From contig NJBI01000001.1 in assembly GCA_005222975.1 (NCBI GenBank), positions 91,531-155,530 of the forward strand: a stretch of DNA of 64,000 nucleotides. Reading direction: 5' to 3'. Origin of the DNA: Promethearchaeota archaeon Loki_b31 (GTDB lineage: Archaea > Asgardarchaeota > Lokiarchaeia > Sigyniarchaeales > SOKP01). A program made the translations under genes and the position numbers. The first letter of the stretch is position 1; every line of letters begins with the position of its first letter. The notes under the pieces were generated by a model that searched no databases, was not told where the DNA came from, and was given only the letters and a program-made list of their open reading frames with translations. Below, one piece after another: positions 42,281-52,591 of this stretch.

Positions 42281-43354
42281 CTAAATATTAGCAGAATTTC
42301 GAATAAATGCATCAATTAGACGAATTGTATTAAGAATATCCTCTAATTTAAGCAAAGAAGTGGGAGAATGGATATATCTACAAGGAACAGATACTACTGA
42401 ACTTGGAACACCTTCTCGAGAAATATGAATCTTACCTGCATCAGTCCCGCCATACATAGGTTTCTTAATTTGATAAGGAATTTTGTCGAGTTCAGCATTT
42501 TTAACGAGTCTTTCGTTAACTTTAGAACTACAAATTATTGATTTATCTGCTACTGTAATTGCTGGTCCTTTCCCTATGTAAGCTGGAACTTCTGCTTCTT
42601 TGATACCCGGAACATCGGCGGCAGTTGTGTTTTCGATAGCAATGGCAACTGTTGGTTTAAGATTAAACGCTCCTGTAATCGCACCTCTACCGCCTATTTC
42701 TTCTTGCACTGCAAAATTAAAAAGCAAAGTATCTTTAACAGGCGCTCCTTCTTTCAACAATTTCATGATGTGGAGGAGTACATTACAACCAGTGCGATCG
42801 TCGAATGCTTTACCACGAACCATATTATTGGGGAACTCTGCAAAAGGAGAAAAAAGCGTACCGGTGGTTCCTATAACAATATTATTTTTAACTACTTCCT
42901 CTTTTGAATCCATCCCGACATCAATATACATATCTGAAATTTCAACAATCTTTTTTCTCTCGTTTAAAGAGGTAAGGTGTGGTGGTTTCGATCCAATAAT
43001 GCCACGATGGATCTTTCCTGGCTCAGATCGTATCACTACTGATTGCCCTAACAAAATTCTTGTATCCCAACCCCCAATTGGAACAAATCGTAAGAAACCC
43101 TTATTTTCAATGTGAGAAATCATAAATCCAATTTCATCAGTATGCGCATCCAATAGAATTCTGTTATTCCCATTAGTACCCTCTTTTACAGCTAGAATAT
43201 TACCCAAATTATCTTTCCAAGCCTTATCAACTAAATTTTCTTTCTCTATCTTTTTTAAAATAAAATCACTTACGTCATCTTCATAGCCAGAAACTCCGAT
43301 AAGCGAAGATAATTCTTTTTGAAGAACTTTTATGCTCTCGATATTCATCATCAA
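42281..43354 (-). CDS. M42 family aminopeptidase (TET-like)
   Basis: GVSGYE, AHTDEIG, GKAFDDR, QEEIGGRGA, GGTDAG, PCRYIHSP. Confidence 0.93.
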   Translation of the reverse strand: MMMNIESIKVLQKELSSLIGVSGYEDDVSDFILKKIEKENLVDKAWKDNLGNILAVKEGTNGNNRILLDAHTDEIGFMISHIENKGFLRFVPIGGWDTRILLGQSVVIRSEPGKIHRGIIGSKPPHLTSLNERKKIVEISDMYIDVGMDSKEEVVKNNIVIGTTGTLFSPFAEFPNNMVRGKAFDDRTGCNVLLHIMKLLKEGAPVKDTLLFNFAVQEEIGGRGAITGAFNLKPTVAIAIENTTAADVPGIKEAEVPAYIGKGPAITVADKSIICSSKVNERLVKNAELDKIPYQIKKPMYGGTDAGKIHISREGVPSSVVSVPCRYIHSPTSLLKLEDILNTIRLIDAFIRNSANI

Positions 43355-43534
43355 TCTTCATTGTTAATTTAATTTTAACTTAAATAACCGTATAACTAAT
43401 AATAAGTTTCAGTAATTTTTATTACTTATAAAAACTAATAACTTAAAAATCAATATTGATTTACTGTTCCTCTAAATATGGGGCCTGATGACTTTTTTAA
43501 TATAAAAAAAAATTGGTTATTATTAACTTTTTAA

Positions 43535-44197
43535 TTATAATTTTTTATGACATAGCCACCAATCAAGACATTCATAGTCTTTTCCAGCATTGGCTAGTCT
43601 TTCTTTTGCTGTCTTTACATCTGTTACTGGGGGAATAATTACATGGTCGCCAAATAATTCATTGTTAGGCCAGTTTGCTGGCGTAGCCACTTTTTCTTTG
43701 CTAGCAAGTTGTAAAGCTTTCACACATCTTAATATCTCATCCATGTTTCTTCCAATTTCTTGGGGATAGTAAAGAATTATTCTAATAATCCCATTAGCAT
43801 CCACAATGAACACCGCTCTGACTGTACTTGAACCCTTTCCAGGATGGACCATTCCCAACATATTTGCTACTTTTCCATGATCAGCAATTATTGGAAACGG
43901 TATTTCCATATCAAGATTTTCTTTAATCCATTCCATCCATTTTATATGAGCGAATACTTGATCTATTGAAAGTCCTATTAATCTTGTGTTTATTGCTTGA
44001 AATTGCTCATTTCGTTTAGCAAAAGCATAAAACTCCGTAGTGCAAACAGGGGTGAAATCAGCAGGATGACTAAATAAAACAAACCACCATTTCCCGCCTA
44101 CATTTGCATCACCGGGTAGCTTCATCATTCCATGAGTCGTCATTACTTCCATTTCTGGAAATTTATCTCCTAATAAAGGTATTCCTCTATCTGACAT
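43535..44197 (-). CDS. Peroxiredoxin (archaeal Prx6-type)
   Basis: [31 protein letters not shown]-terminal CLDWWLC. Confidence 0.95.
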   Translation of the reverse strand: MSDRGIPLLGDKFPEMEVMTTHGMMKLPGDANVGGKWWFVLFSHPADFTPVCTTEFYAFAKRNEQFQAINTRLIGLSIDQVFAHIKWMEWIKENLDMEIPFPIIADHGKVANMLGMVHPGKGSSTVRAVFIVDANGIIRIILYYPQEIGRNMDEILRCVKALQLASKEKVATPANWPNNELFGDHVIIPPVTDVKTAKERLANAGKDYECLDWWLCHKKL

Positions 44198-44398
44198 TTT
44201 TAAAAAACACCATTTATGAATATTAATTCACAATTATTAAATTTTATAGTAATAAATTATAAACTTCAATTCAAAGTTAAAGTTTTTTAAAGCTCTGGCA
44301 GACAATCCAGTTTGAGTAAATAAGCTATGAATTTTTAAAAAATAGAAAAGATTTTTAGAATTTAAAAATTAAAACAAGAATAAAATACTATTAAAAAA

Positions 44399-46096
44399 TT
44401 ACCTTTTTCGCTTCTTTAACTCCTTGATAGCTTTTTCGGCTAAGAGTAAGGCATCGGTATATTGAGACCTATACTTCTGAACGTTAGCTTCTAATTCTAT
44501 TGTTTTGTTCTGAAGTTCGAGAATCAGTTCACTGCTTCCCTCACCTGAAGATATCACCGCATCTGGATTTTCCATGGATTCCTTAAGGTAATTATATTTT
44601 TCTCTCCATACTTTTATTTCTGTTTGGAGTTCCTCAATGTTATCATTATCCGTAATTTGACTAATAGATAATGGACCTCCTGTTCCTTCTTCAACATCTA
44701 ATATTCTTCCTTTTAAAATATCTACTTCTTCTTCTAACTCTTTAATTCTGACTTTTAAGTAGCCAATCTGATCTAAATATTCTGCTGAAGTTTTAGGAGC
44801 GGTAATTTCTTCATAAATACTTTTCCCAGTTTCTAATTCGTTAGCGGTTTTTTCTCCTAAAATTTGCTGCTTCCGTTTTTGTAGCCCTTCTATAGTTTGT
44901 TTTGGAAGGAAGTCTAGTGGGTTGAAACCAACCCCTCCATGAGCAGTAAGTCTTTTACGAACTTTTACGAATAGGGGTATACCTTTTATTGCTTCTCCAC
45001 AAATAATTCCTTCGCCTTTATCTAACCCTTGAATATCAGTTCTATTACTCCGAGTTAAATCTTCTGCGCTCGAAATCGTAACATCAATATCTCGTATATC
45101 AGTGAGGTTATGAACCACCCAAGTACCAGCTTGGGCGCGAATAGTAGTATCTAACAATTGAGGTCTTTGAGTACCGATGATTAAATTTGCACCGAATTTA
45201 CGACCTTCTTGTGAGAACAGTTTTACAATTTCACATGTTTCGGTTTGTTTTTTTCCAGCAAACAAGTGAGCCTCGTCAAGTAGTAAGTAAAACGGAGGAA
45301 TTCTTCTACCCGTACTTGCCTGATATAATTTTTTGAGAAGCTTACCAGCAACCATTTCTTGTACGTTTAAATCCATACCTCTCATATTGATAATTGAACA
45401 TAGATGTGGAGCAACAATATCAGTGGGATCTAACGAAAATAGATACTCTACGTCGATATCTCCTCCTTTGTTAACGCTTAAATCAGAATATTCGATGATG
45501 CTATTCACAAATTCGCTTTCTTTTTTAATTCCTTCACTCTCTTCACTTTCTCCCGCAAGTACTTTCAAGCTCCCGTACTCACCATGTCTGTCTAAAATCA
45601 CGAGTGGAATACCCTTTTTCATAAACTCCTCGCACAGTACACCCATCGTATACGACTTTCCGCTACCAGACTTCCCCGTAATGAATATTCTTCCAAAATT
45701 TTTCACTAATAAGTTAACGTCAAATGGATAGCCTATCAGCTTTCCAAGAGAGACAGATTCTTCGGGTGGGTTATAAATTCCTAATAATTTAGTAATTTGA
45801 ATTTCAGATGCGCGATAAACTTCTGAACCTATCTCAAACGGTCTCTTTGGTCTATCTCCACATACCCTCAGATCCGCAAGCATCCCTTTTGCTTCGCTCC
45901 ATAATCTCTCAATATTTAGCATATAGTATATTCTTATTCCCTCTTCGTCCTTCTCTCCATAGATTACAAAATAAGAATTTCGCTCGATTGTTGGGTCAGA
46001 AAATTGTACTTGTACCGAGTGCGTAGTGGTTTTCCCTAATAAATTCCCTACTTTATCTTTCTTTACTTGCTTATTATAGCTTTCTTCGTCTGACAT
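44399..46096 (-). CDS. HerA/FtsK-like (DUF87) ATPase with a C-terminal coiled coil
   Basis: GKSGSGKS, LDRHGEY, LLLDEAH, EGRKFG, TQRP. Confidence 0.85.
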   Translation of the reverse strand: MSDEESYNKQVKKDKVGNLLGKTTTHSVQVQFSDPTIERNSYFVIYGEKDEEGIRIYYMLNIERLWSEAKGMLADLRVCGDRPKRPFEIGSEVYRASEIQITKLLGIYNPPEESVSLGKLIGYPFDVNLLVKNFGRIFITGKSGSGKSYTMGVLCEEFMKKGIPLVILDRHGEYGSLKVLAGESEESEGIKKESEFVNSIIEYSDLSVNKGGDIDVEYLFSLDPTDIVAPHLCSIINMRGMDLNVQEMVAGKLLKKLYQASTGRRIPPFYLLLDEAHLFAGKKQTETCEIVKLFSQEGRKFGANLIIGTQRPQLLDTTIRAQAGTWVVHNLTDIRDIDVTISSAEDLTRSNRTDIQGLDKGEGIICGEAIKGIPLFVKVRKRLTAHGGVGFNPLDFLPKQTIEGLQKRKQQILGEKTANELETGKSIYEEITAPKTSAEYLDQIGYLKVRIKELEEEVDILKGRILDVEEGTGGPLSISQITDNDNIEELQTEIKVWREKYNYLKESMENPDAVISSGEGSSELILELQNKTIELEANVQKYRSQYTDALLLAEKAIKELKKRKR

Positions 46097-46219
46097 TTTG
46101 AATCACATTAATTTCGTTTCTTTTGTATTATATGTAAATTCATATATATTAATTATTTCTACTTAATTTCTACAATTTAAAAAAGGTATTTAAACTTTCA
46201 TAAATCCAATAATTATTTA

Positions 46220-47146
46220 CTATGTTTTTCGATATAGTATGCTCTTTTGGACCATATGAATTGGTTTATACGATTCTTTTGCTCTACGTAGACCGGGGAC
46301 TCCTAAATCTTGCTCTCGATTAACGAACATGGCATTCTTAAAACTGCTTTTTAAAAACAGATTGCTAATCGCTTGATACGCACCTTCATATTCCATATGT
46401 GCTTTCTCAATATGTATTACGATCGTGTCCGAATTTAACATTTCTCCAAATGTGTAAGCAACACATTTGTCATCAACGCAAATTAACGCTCCTTGAAAAC
46501 CTAACGCAGAAAAATTGTCTAAGGCGTCGTAAATGGCCTTCTCCTCTTGTTCTAAACCTTCATCGTCTTCGCATTCTCTAAGAATACACCACTCCAACTG
46601 AAGTTTCTTGCACGTGGCAACTTCGTCCTCCGTTAATATCTTAAATTCATAATCGTAATTTTCTAAAAACTTGTTTAACCACCTTCTATTTTGGCGGTAG
46701 CGATTACCCGGTAAATCTCTAAGGTTCTCTCCCTCGTACACATAGTCCCAATTATCTCGATCTTCAAAAGTCTCAATATTTAAAGCCAGAAACTTTTCAT
46801 GGTTTCTAAGATCTTCAGTAACCTGCTCTGGTACCCTGTGAAATTCAAGTTCATTAAAATTTTCGAATAGAGCAATAATTACATCAGCGGGTTTTGGACC
46901 AATTGGAGCGAAAAAAAATAGGGTGTTATCGCTTCCGGATATCACGGTTTTCCTTTTCGTAAAAATATCCTGCGAAAAGAGTAGAAGGTGCTCTTCCCAT
47001 TCCATAAAAAAAAATCCGTAGAAGTTCCTCCACATGTATAGATTCGTAAAAGTGAATTCAGATGTCTGAGGAGGGTAATTCTGAAAATATTTATCGAATA
47101 AACCTTTATCTTCAAGTTTGATTTGTTTCGCAGTGCTTAAGTCCAT
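46220..47146 (-). CDS. DUF2156 / phosphatidylglycerol lysyltransferase-like domain protein
   Basis: SEFTFTNLYMW, RDNWDYVY...L.G, IHIEKA, NREQDLG.PGLRRAK.SY.P. Confidence 0.85.
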   Translation of the reverse strand: MDLSTAKQIKLEDKGLFDKYFQNYPPQTSEFTFTNLYMWRNFYGFFFMEWEEHLLLFSQDIFTKRKTVISGSDNTLFFFAPIGPKPADVIIALFENFNELEFHRVPEQVTEDLRNHEKFLALNIETFEDRDNWDYVYEGENLRDLPGNRYRQNRRWLNKFLENYDYEFKILTEDEVATCKKLQLEWCILRECEDDEGLEQEEKAIYDALDNFSALGFQGALICVDDKCVAYTFGEMLNSDTIVIHIEKAHMEYEGAYQAISNLFLKSSFKNAMFVNREQDLGVPGLRRAKESYKPIHMVQKSILYRKT

Positions 47147-47296
47147 AAATATGAATAAATTAAAAGATATTAAAATTATTTCCTTTTTAAATTATTTGGA
47201 TTTTAAAATAGCAAATTTTTAAAGATACTAAGAACATATTTTTCTGACTTCTATGTTAAAAATTAAATATTTTAAATACCTTTTGAGGGATTATGA

Positions 47297-48097
47297 TTGC
47301 CAAAAATAAAGATTAATGATATTAAAATGTACTATGAGATTTATGGAAAGGGTCCTCCACTTGTATTGATTATGGGTGTTGGAGGAAATGCCGATTGGTG
47401 GCCTCCTCGTTTTATAGAGAAACTTTCAAAACTTTTTAAAGTAGTTGTATTTGATAATCGTGGATCTGGCAGATCAGATAAACCTGATATTGAGTATTCT
47501 ATGAAAATGTTTGCCGATGATACTATTAGTTTGATGAATGCTCTAAATATTATATGCGCTCATATCCTTGGAATATCAATGGGAGGAGCTATAGCACAAG
47601 AATTAGTATTAAATTATCCCGAAAGAGTTAAAAAGCTTATACTCTGTTCTACAAATTGCGGATTCTCTAAATCAGCCTTACCATTACCAGAGGCTTTAAA
47701 GATTATGATGCAACCAAGGGAAAAATCAACACCTAAAGAAATAGCGAGGAAATCTATGTCGGTTAGATTAACTGAAAAATTCATTAAAGAAAACCCTGAA
47801 GTTATTGAGGAGTGTATACAGAGAGAATGTAAATACCCCACTCCTCCTAAAATGTATAAAAGACAGATTGATGCGATTGTGAAATTTAACACTTACAAAC
47901 GCCTAAAAAATATTAATAGACCAACTTTGATAATGCAGGGTAAACATGACCTCTTGTCTCCAGCAAAAAATGCCGAAATATTAGCTCAAAATATAAATGG
48001 ATCAAAGTTAGCAATATTTGAAGATGTTGCTCATGATATTTTTTCGCAAGAATCTGACATAGTAATAAAAAATTTAATTGAATTTCTACAAAATTAA
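47297..48097 (+). CDS. Alpha/beta hydrolase
   Basis: FDNRGSGRSD, GISMGG, G..D, AH. Confidence 0.9.
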   Translation: MPKIKINDIKMYYEIYGKGPPLVLIMGVGGNADWWPPRFIEKLSKLFKVVVFDNRGSGRSDKPDIEYSMKMFADDTISLMNALNIICAHILGISMGGAIAQELVLNYPERVKKLILCSTNCGFSKSALPLPEALKIMMQPREKSTPKEIARKSMSVRLTEKFIKENPEVIEECIQRECKYPTPPKMYKRQIDAIVKFNTYKRLKNINRPTLIMQGKHDLLSPAKNAEILAQNINGSKLAIFEDVAHDIFSQESDIVIKNLIEFLQN

Positions 48098-48209
48098 TTA
48101 CGAAGGTTTCGGTAATTGGTTTCCATATTAGAACTAATTGGTGATATATTTTGAACTTGAAATTAAATTTTACTATGTGGGTTAAATTCCTACTAACAAT
48201 TACACTAAT

Positions 48210-48255
48210 TCTAGTTTAAACTAGATAAAGCTTTTAAGTATGTAATACATACTTA
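48210..48255. promoter_or_regulatory. Palindromic operator(s) upstream of the antitoxin
   Basis: Perfect palindrome TCTAGTTTAAACTAGA (48210-48225) and TAAGTATGTA-A-TACATACTTA (48235-48255), the latter ending 5 nt before the ATG. Confidence 0.7.
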
Positions 48256-48260
48256 CATAT

Positions 48261-48491
48261 ATGCGAACTAATATTGTAATTGATGATGAGTTAAAAGAGA
48301 AGTGGTGGGAGATTAAAAAGGAAGCAAATCATCTCAACATGAAAATTGGTGAATATATTATTTTCTGTCATGATCTTAGAAAAAAGACGGTCAATAAAGA
48401 TAAGATTCTCGAGATTTTAGAGAACCCATTATCAAAGGGTTTAAAAAACATAGATGTAATAAAGGCAAGTAAGAGTATGTGGAAATCATGA
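48261..48491 (+). CDS. vapB: Putative VapB-type antitoxin
   Basis: MRTNIVIDDEL N-terminus; small gene overlapping a downstream PIN toxin. Confidence 0.7.
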   Translation: MRTNIVIDDELKEKWWEIKKEANHLNMKIGEYIIFCHDLRKKTVNKDKILEILENPLSKGLKNIDVIKASKSMWKS

Positions 48492-48895
48492 GGGGGATCG
48501 ATTCGAACATTCTTGTGTATGCCTTAAATAAAGATTTTCCTGAATATTTACCTTGTAAGGAACTTTTAATAAATATAGTTAATGGAAAAGAACTCGTAAG
48601 CATTCCTTCAATTGTATTTATGGAATGTTTTCATGCGTTAGTTAGAGCATTTAAATATAAAGAGGTTGAGGTTAAGAAGCGGTTAGTTGCAATTATGGAC
48701 TCGAAAAATATCAATGTACTAGACATTTCTACATCTTCAATATTATTTGCATTTGAGATAGCTGAGAAATATAAAACGGGAGGGAGGGATTCCTTAATTG
48801 CGGCAAGTTTATTAGAAAATAAGATTCAAGAAATATATTCTCACGATACGGATTTTGATAAAATTTTGCTCATAAAACGGATAGATCCAATATAA
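48488..48895 (+). CDS. vapC: VapC PIN-domain toxin
   Basis: IDSNILVYA, E, DSLIAA, SHDTDFD acidic residues; ATGA overlap with the antitoxin. Confidence 0.88.
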   Translation: MRGIDSNILVYALNKDFPEYLPCKELLINIVNGKELVSIPSIVFMECFHALVRAFKYKEVEVKKRLVAIMDSKNINVLDISTSSILFAFEIAEKYKTGGRDSLIAASLLENKIQEIYSHDTDFDKILLIKRIDPI

Positions 48896-48978
48896 ATCAA
48901 ATCACTATATTATAACTAATTGGTGAATTTAAAATCTCAGATTGGGCATCAATATTAGGAACTGTTTTTTTCATATTA

Positions 48979-49605
48979 TTGATTGCTTTTTTGTGTTTCT
49001 TATTTATTATATTTGTCATAGTAAGAATTATTAGAAAAATATACAAATTTCCCATCCCAGCTTTCGCAACGAGATTAATTGATAATCCGTTCCGTCGTAG
49101 ATTAATACAAAAACCTGAACTTATTGCTGAAAGAATGCAACTTAAACCCGGAATGACAGTAGTAGAAATTGGGCCCGGTAAAGGCAGTTATACGAAAGCT
49201 ATAGCAAAAAAGATACAACCTAATGGAAAAGTATTTGCAATTGATATTCAAGAATCAATTATCAACCGTTTAAAGAAAAAAATTAAAAAAGAGAATATTC
49301 AAAATATTATTCCTAAAATAGAAGACGCTTATAACCTTTCGTTTGAAGATGAAAGCGTAGATCGAATCTTTGCGATTACTTGTTTACCCGAAATTCCTGA
49401 TCCTATAAGAGCATTAAGGGAATTTAAACGAATTCTAAAGCCAGATGGTATAATATCTTTGAGTGAACTCTTTCTGGATCCTGATTATCCACTACGTAGA
49501 ACAGAAAAAAGGTGGGCAAAAGAAGCTGGTCTGGATTTTTACGAAGGTTTCGGCAATTGGTTTGTCTATCAATTAAATTTCATTAAAAAGAAACCGAGTT
49601 ATTGA
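48979..49605 (+). CDS. Class I SAM-dependent methyltransferase with an N-terminal TM (start uncertain)
   Basis: VVEIGPGKG, AIDIQ, F.DESVD, RILKPDG. Confidence 0.88.
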   Translation: MIAFLCFLFIIFVIVRIIRKIYKFPIPAFATRLIDNPFRRRLIQKPELIAERMQLKPGMTVVEIGPGKGSYTKAIAKKIQPNGKVFAIDIQESIINRLKKKIKKENIQNIIPKIEDAYNLSFEDESVDRIFAITCLPEIPDPIRALREFKRILKPDGIISLSELFLDPDYPLRRTEKRWAKEAGLDFYEGFGNWFVYQLNFIKKKPSY

Positions 49606-50025
49606 GTCGTTTCTAGGCAAATTTTCATTCTTTAATTTGTTAAGAATATCTTCTAATATTTTTATGACTCGTTCTTTATACGAGTTTTGCTCAGGATAAT
49701 TGTAACTAAAAGTGCGCCATTGAGGACGCTTATGGCCAACTTTATATTTAATGCCCTTCATTTGCGTCATATAAGAATCTTTATTTAGTTTAGTCGCGAT
49801 TTGATCGGCAATAATGTACCAATGAAATTTAGTGCCAATATTAGCCCCTGAATTAGACGGTGCTGGATTGACTCTTGTTTTTACACTATTAAAGTTAATT
49901 GTCCATTTGTTTGGAGCGGTTTTTGTTTCAGTCCATTTTCCGTCGTTGTAGATCCATTTATGAGACCCACCAATTTTCATTCCGGTGTATATTTGATTAT
50001 TATACTTTTTGAGAGAATTATACAT
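49573..50025 (-). CDS. Conserved-looking hypothetical protein (basic, Trp-rich)
   Basis: YTGMKIGGSHKW.Y..G.W.E.K, GTKFHWYIIA.Q, K.K.GHKR. Confidence 0.65.
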   Translation of the reverse strand: MYNSLKKYNNQIYTGMKIGGSHKWIYNDGKWTETKTAPNKWTINFNSVKTRVNPAPSNSGANIGTKFHWYIIADQIATKLNKDSYMTQMKGIKYKVGHKRPQWRTFSYNYPEQNSYKERVIKILEDILNKLKNENLPRNDSITRFLFNEI

Positions 50026-50186
50026 TTCTTATTCTAAATCTATTCTTTACCTTGAGTTATGATTCGTAATACAAAATCCTATTAATAGAATGAAAGAGTC
50101 ATAATTTTTCGTTAAATAAAACATACTATTAATATTGAAAAATAAGAAAAGAAAAAAATAAAAAAATATTTGAGATTGTTAAGGAT

Positions 50187-51197
50187 TTATAATTTCTTGA
50201 CGATTAAATCTGCCAAACGATTGGAATAACCCCACTCGTTATCGTACCAGCTAACAACACCACAGAAAGTACCACCGATTACCTTGGTCCACAAGCTAGA
50301 GAAAATAGAACTTGCGGGATTGCCTACAATATCGGTAGTTACTATTGCATCCTCGGTATATTCTAAAATTCCTTTTAGATAACCCGATGCAGCTTCTTTC
50401 ATTTTAGCGTTAACATCTTCTACTGTTGTAGATTTCCCTAGATTTACTTTTAAATCAACAACGCTCCCGTTTGGGGTTGGAATACGCATTGCGATACCAT
50501 CCATTTTACCGTTTAATTCTGGAAACACGACACCAATCGCTTTAGCTGCACCAGTGGAAGTTGGAACGATGTTTGCTGCACAAGCTCGACCCCGAATCAT
50601 TTTTATGGGATCATCTTTTCTTGCTGTATCAACTGGTCGTTGGTCGCCAGTATATGAATGAACTGTAGTCATCATTCCGTTAACAATTCCATAATTGTCC
50701 ATTAATACCTTTACTACTGGACCTAAACAATTCGTTGTACAAGATGCCATAGAAATGATTTTATGCTCGTTAGTTAATTTATCGTCGTTACAACCTATTA
50801 CAACGGTAAAATCAGGATTTCCCGCAGGTGCACTAATTAAGACTTTCTTAGCTCCAGCCTCTAAATGCTTTGCAGCGCCCTCTCTTTTCGTAAAGAATCC
50901 AGTGGATTCGAGAGCAACATCTATATTGTTACTAGCATGTGGTAAGTTTGCTGGGTCTCGTTCTGCAGTAATAGGAATTTCCTTTCCATTTATTATCAAA
51001 GATTTTTCCTTAGCCTCGACAGTTCCTTTAAATCGCCCAAAAACAGAATCGTATTTTAAGACATAAGCCAAGTATTTTGGTTCGAATAAATCATTAATGG
51101 ATACAATTTCAATTTCGTTAGGATATTTCTCTACTACAGTTCGGAAGAAATTTCGTCCGATTCTACCGAATCCGTTAATTGCTACTCTTTTAGCCAT
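50187..51197 (-). CDS. gap: Type I (bacterial/eukaryotic-type) glyceraldehyde-3-phosphate dehydrogenase
   Basis: AINGFGRIGR, LKYDSVFG, ASCTTNCL, PTSTGAAKA, SWYDNEWGYSNR. Confidence 0.96.
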   Translation of the reverse strand: MAKRVAINGFGRIGRNFFRTVVEKYPNEIEIVSINDLFEPKYLAYVLKYDSVFGRFKGTVEAKEKSLIINGKEIPITAERDPANLPHASNNIDVALESTGFFTKREGAAKHLEAGAKKVLISAPAGNPDFTVVIGCNDDKLTNEHKIISMASCTTNCLGPVVKVLMDNYGIVNGMMTTVHSYTGDQRPVDTARKDDPIKMIRGRACAANIVPTSTGAAKAIGVVFPELNGKMDGIAMRIPTPNGSVVDLKVNLGKSTTVEDVNAKMKEAASGYLKGILEYTEDAIVTTDIVGNPASSIFSSLWTKVIGGTFCGVVSWYDNEWGYSNRLADLIVKKL

Positions 51198-51337
51198 CTA
51201 TTATCACTTTAAATTATTATTTCGAGTTCTTTTTATTTAAAAAGATAATTAATTATGTGATCGTTAGTTTTTTAATTTTTTAGTTTTATATACATCCACA
51301 TCAAATATGTATCTAATAAGAATTTGTGAGGATAATA

Positions 51338-52564
51338 ATGGAAAGTATTGAAAAAGCGATTATAGAAAAAATAGAAGAAATGCGGGAGGAGATAATATAT
51401 TTTCATAAGCAAATCGTTCAAATTCCTTCCGAGAATCCACCAGGTAAGTATAAACAGATAGCACAGTTCGTTCAGAATAAATTTGAAGAGCTTGGTCTTA
51501 AAACTTTTGTAAAACGAAATAATGTAGTAGGGAAGTATCAAAATCTAACGGGACCCTCTTTGTTATTATATGGTCATATGGATACGGTCCCTGCTTATAA
51601 GGGATGGACAGAAGATCCATTTGGAGGTCATATAATTGATGGAAAAATATATGGTCGAGGAGCGTGTGACGATAAAGCATGTGTAACTGCAGAAATTTTT
51701 GCAACTAAAGCCTTGTTTGAGTTAGGTATTAAATTTGAGGGAAGTTTAACATTAATTTCGGCAATAGACGAAGAAACAGGTGGGTTCAATGGTGTTAGAT
51801 ATCTATTGGATAAGGGACATATTAATGGCGATGCTTGTCTATTGGGAGATGGGCGCGGAGGATTTCCAGCAGCCTATACTGGAGGATTCTTACTTGTTAC
51901 ATTTTTAATTAAAGGAAAAAAGGCTCACGCTTTAAGTTTTCCCGACATTCCAATTTATAGAAATGAGTTTTCTGGAGTCAATGCTATACAAAAAATGATT
52001 GGCGTGATGAATTTTTTGACTCAATTACAAGCAGAGTTCCTCAATACTGAAACTAAATATCCAAATTTTCCAGGACATCCTTCTAAAGTAAGTACTGTCA
52101 ATATAGCAAAGATTGATGGGGGAGACAAATTATCTGTTGTACCAGATAAATGTTTGTTATACTATATTATCAATACCATTCCAGAACAAGATGTTGAAAG
52201 TATAAAGACACGCATTTTAGAGTTCATAGAAGCTGCTAAAAAAGAAGATCCTGACTTGAACATCAATGTTCAATTTACAATGTCTTTTGAACCATTTGCA
52301 TCAGACATTAATTCTAAATTCGCTAAAGCTGTTCAAAAAGCCGTGAATACAGTATATAGTGAAGATAGAGAGTTTAAATTATTCCAATCCGCAAATGATG
52401 GGCATTGGTTTCATGAAAAGGGAATTAAAACGATACTAATGGGAACTGGAACTCATGAAAATAATGTACATGCAGAGGATGAGTTTGTATCTATTAACGA
52501 TTTAATTGATACAACAAAAATATTTGCTTTAACTGCATTCAATTATTTAAGAAGTAAAGATTAA
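51338..52564 (+). CDS. M20 family (ArgE/DapE-like) peptidase/deacylase, paralog 1
   Basis: GHMDTVP, GRGACDDK, DEETGG, HAEDE. Confidence 0.9.
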   Translation: MESIEKAIIEKIEEMREEIIYFHKQIVQIPSENPPGKYKQIAQFVQNKFEELGLKTFVKRNNVVGKYQNLTGPSLLLYGHMDTVPAYKGWTEDPFGGHIIDGKIYGRGACDDKACVTAEIFATKALFELGIKFEGSLTLISAIDEETGGFNGVRYLLDKGHINGDACLLGDGRGGFPAAYTGGFLLVTFLIKGKKAHALSFPDIPIYRNEFSGVNAIQKMIGVMNFLTQLQAEFLNTETKYPNFPGHPSKVSTVNIAKIDGGDKLSVVPDKCLLYYIINTIPEQDVESIKTRILEFIEAAKKEDPDLNINVQFTMSFEPFASDINSKFAKAVQKAVNTVYSEDREFKLFQSANDGHWFHEKGIKTILMGTGTHENNVHAEDEFVSINDLIDTTKIFALTAFNYLRSKD

Positions 52565-52591
52565 TTAAATTATTATAAAAGGAGATTAAAC

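Larger units (their letters stand above)
48098..49563 (+). repeat. Two pairs of direct repeats around vapBC and the methyltransferase
   Basis: 48098-48122 vs 49539-49563 (24/25); 48125-48144 vs 48907-48926 (19/20). Confidence 0.75.

Noticed and set aside
43455-43497. CTGATGA in a GC-richer intergenic patch as a C/D-box sRNA
   Set aside because: No correctly placed partner box or guide complementarity could be identified.
43535-44197. Peroxiredoxin as a further selenoprotein
   Set aside because: The active site is Cys (PVCTTE), with no in-frame TGA and no SECIS-like hairpin seen downstream.
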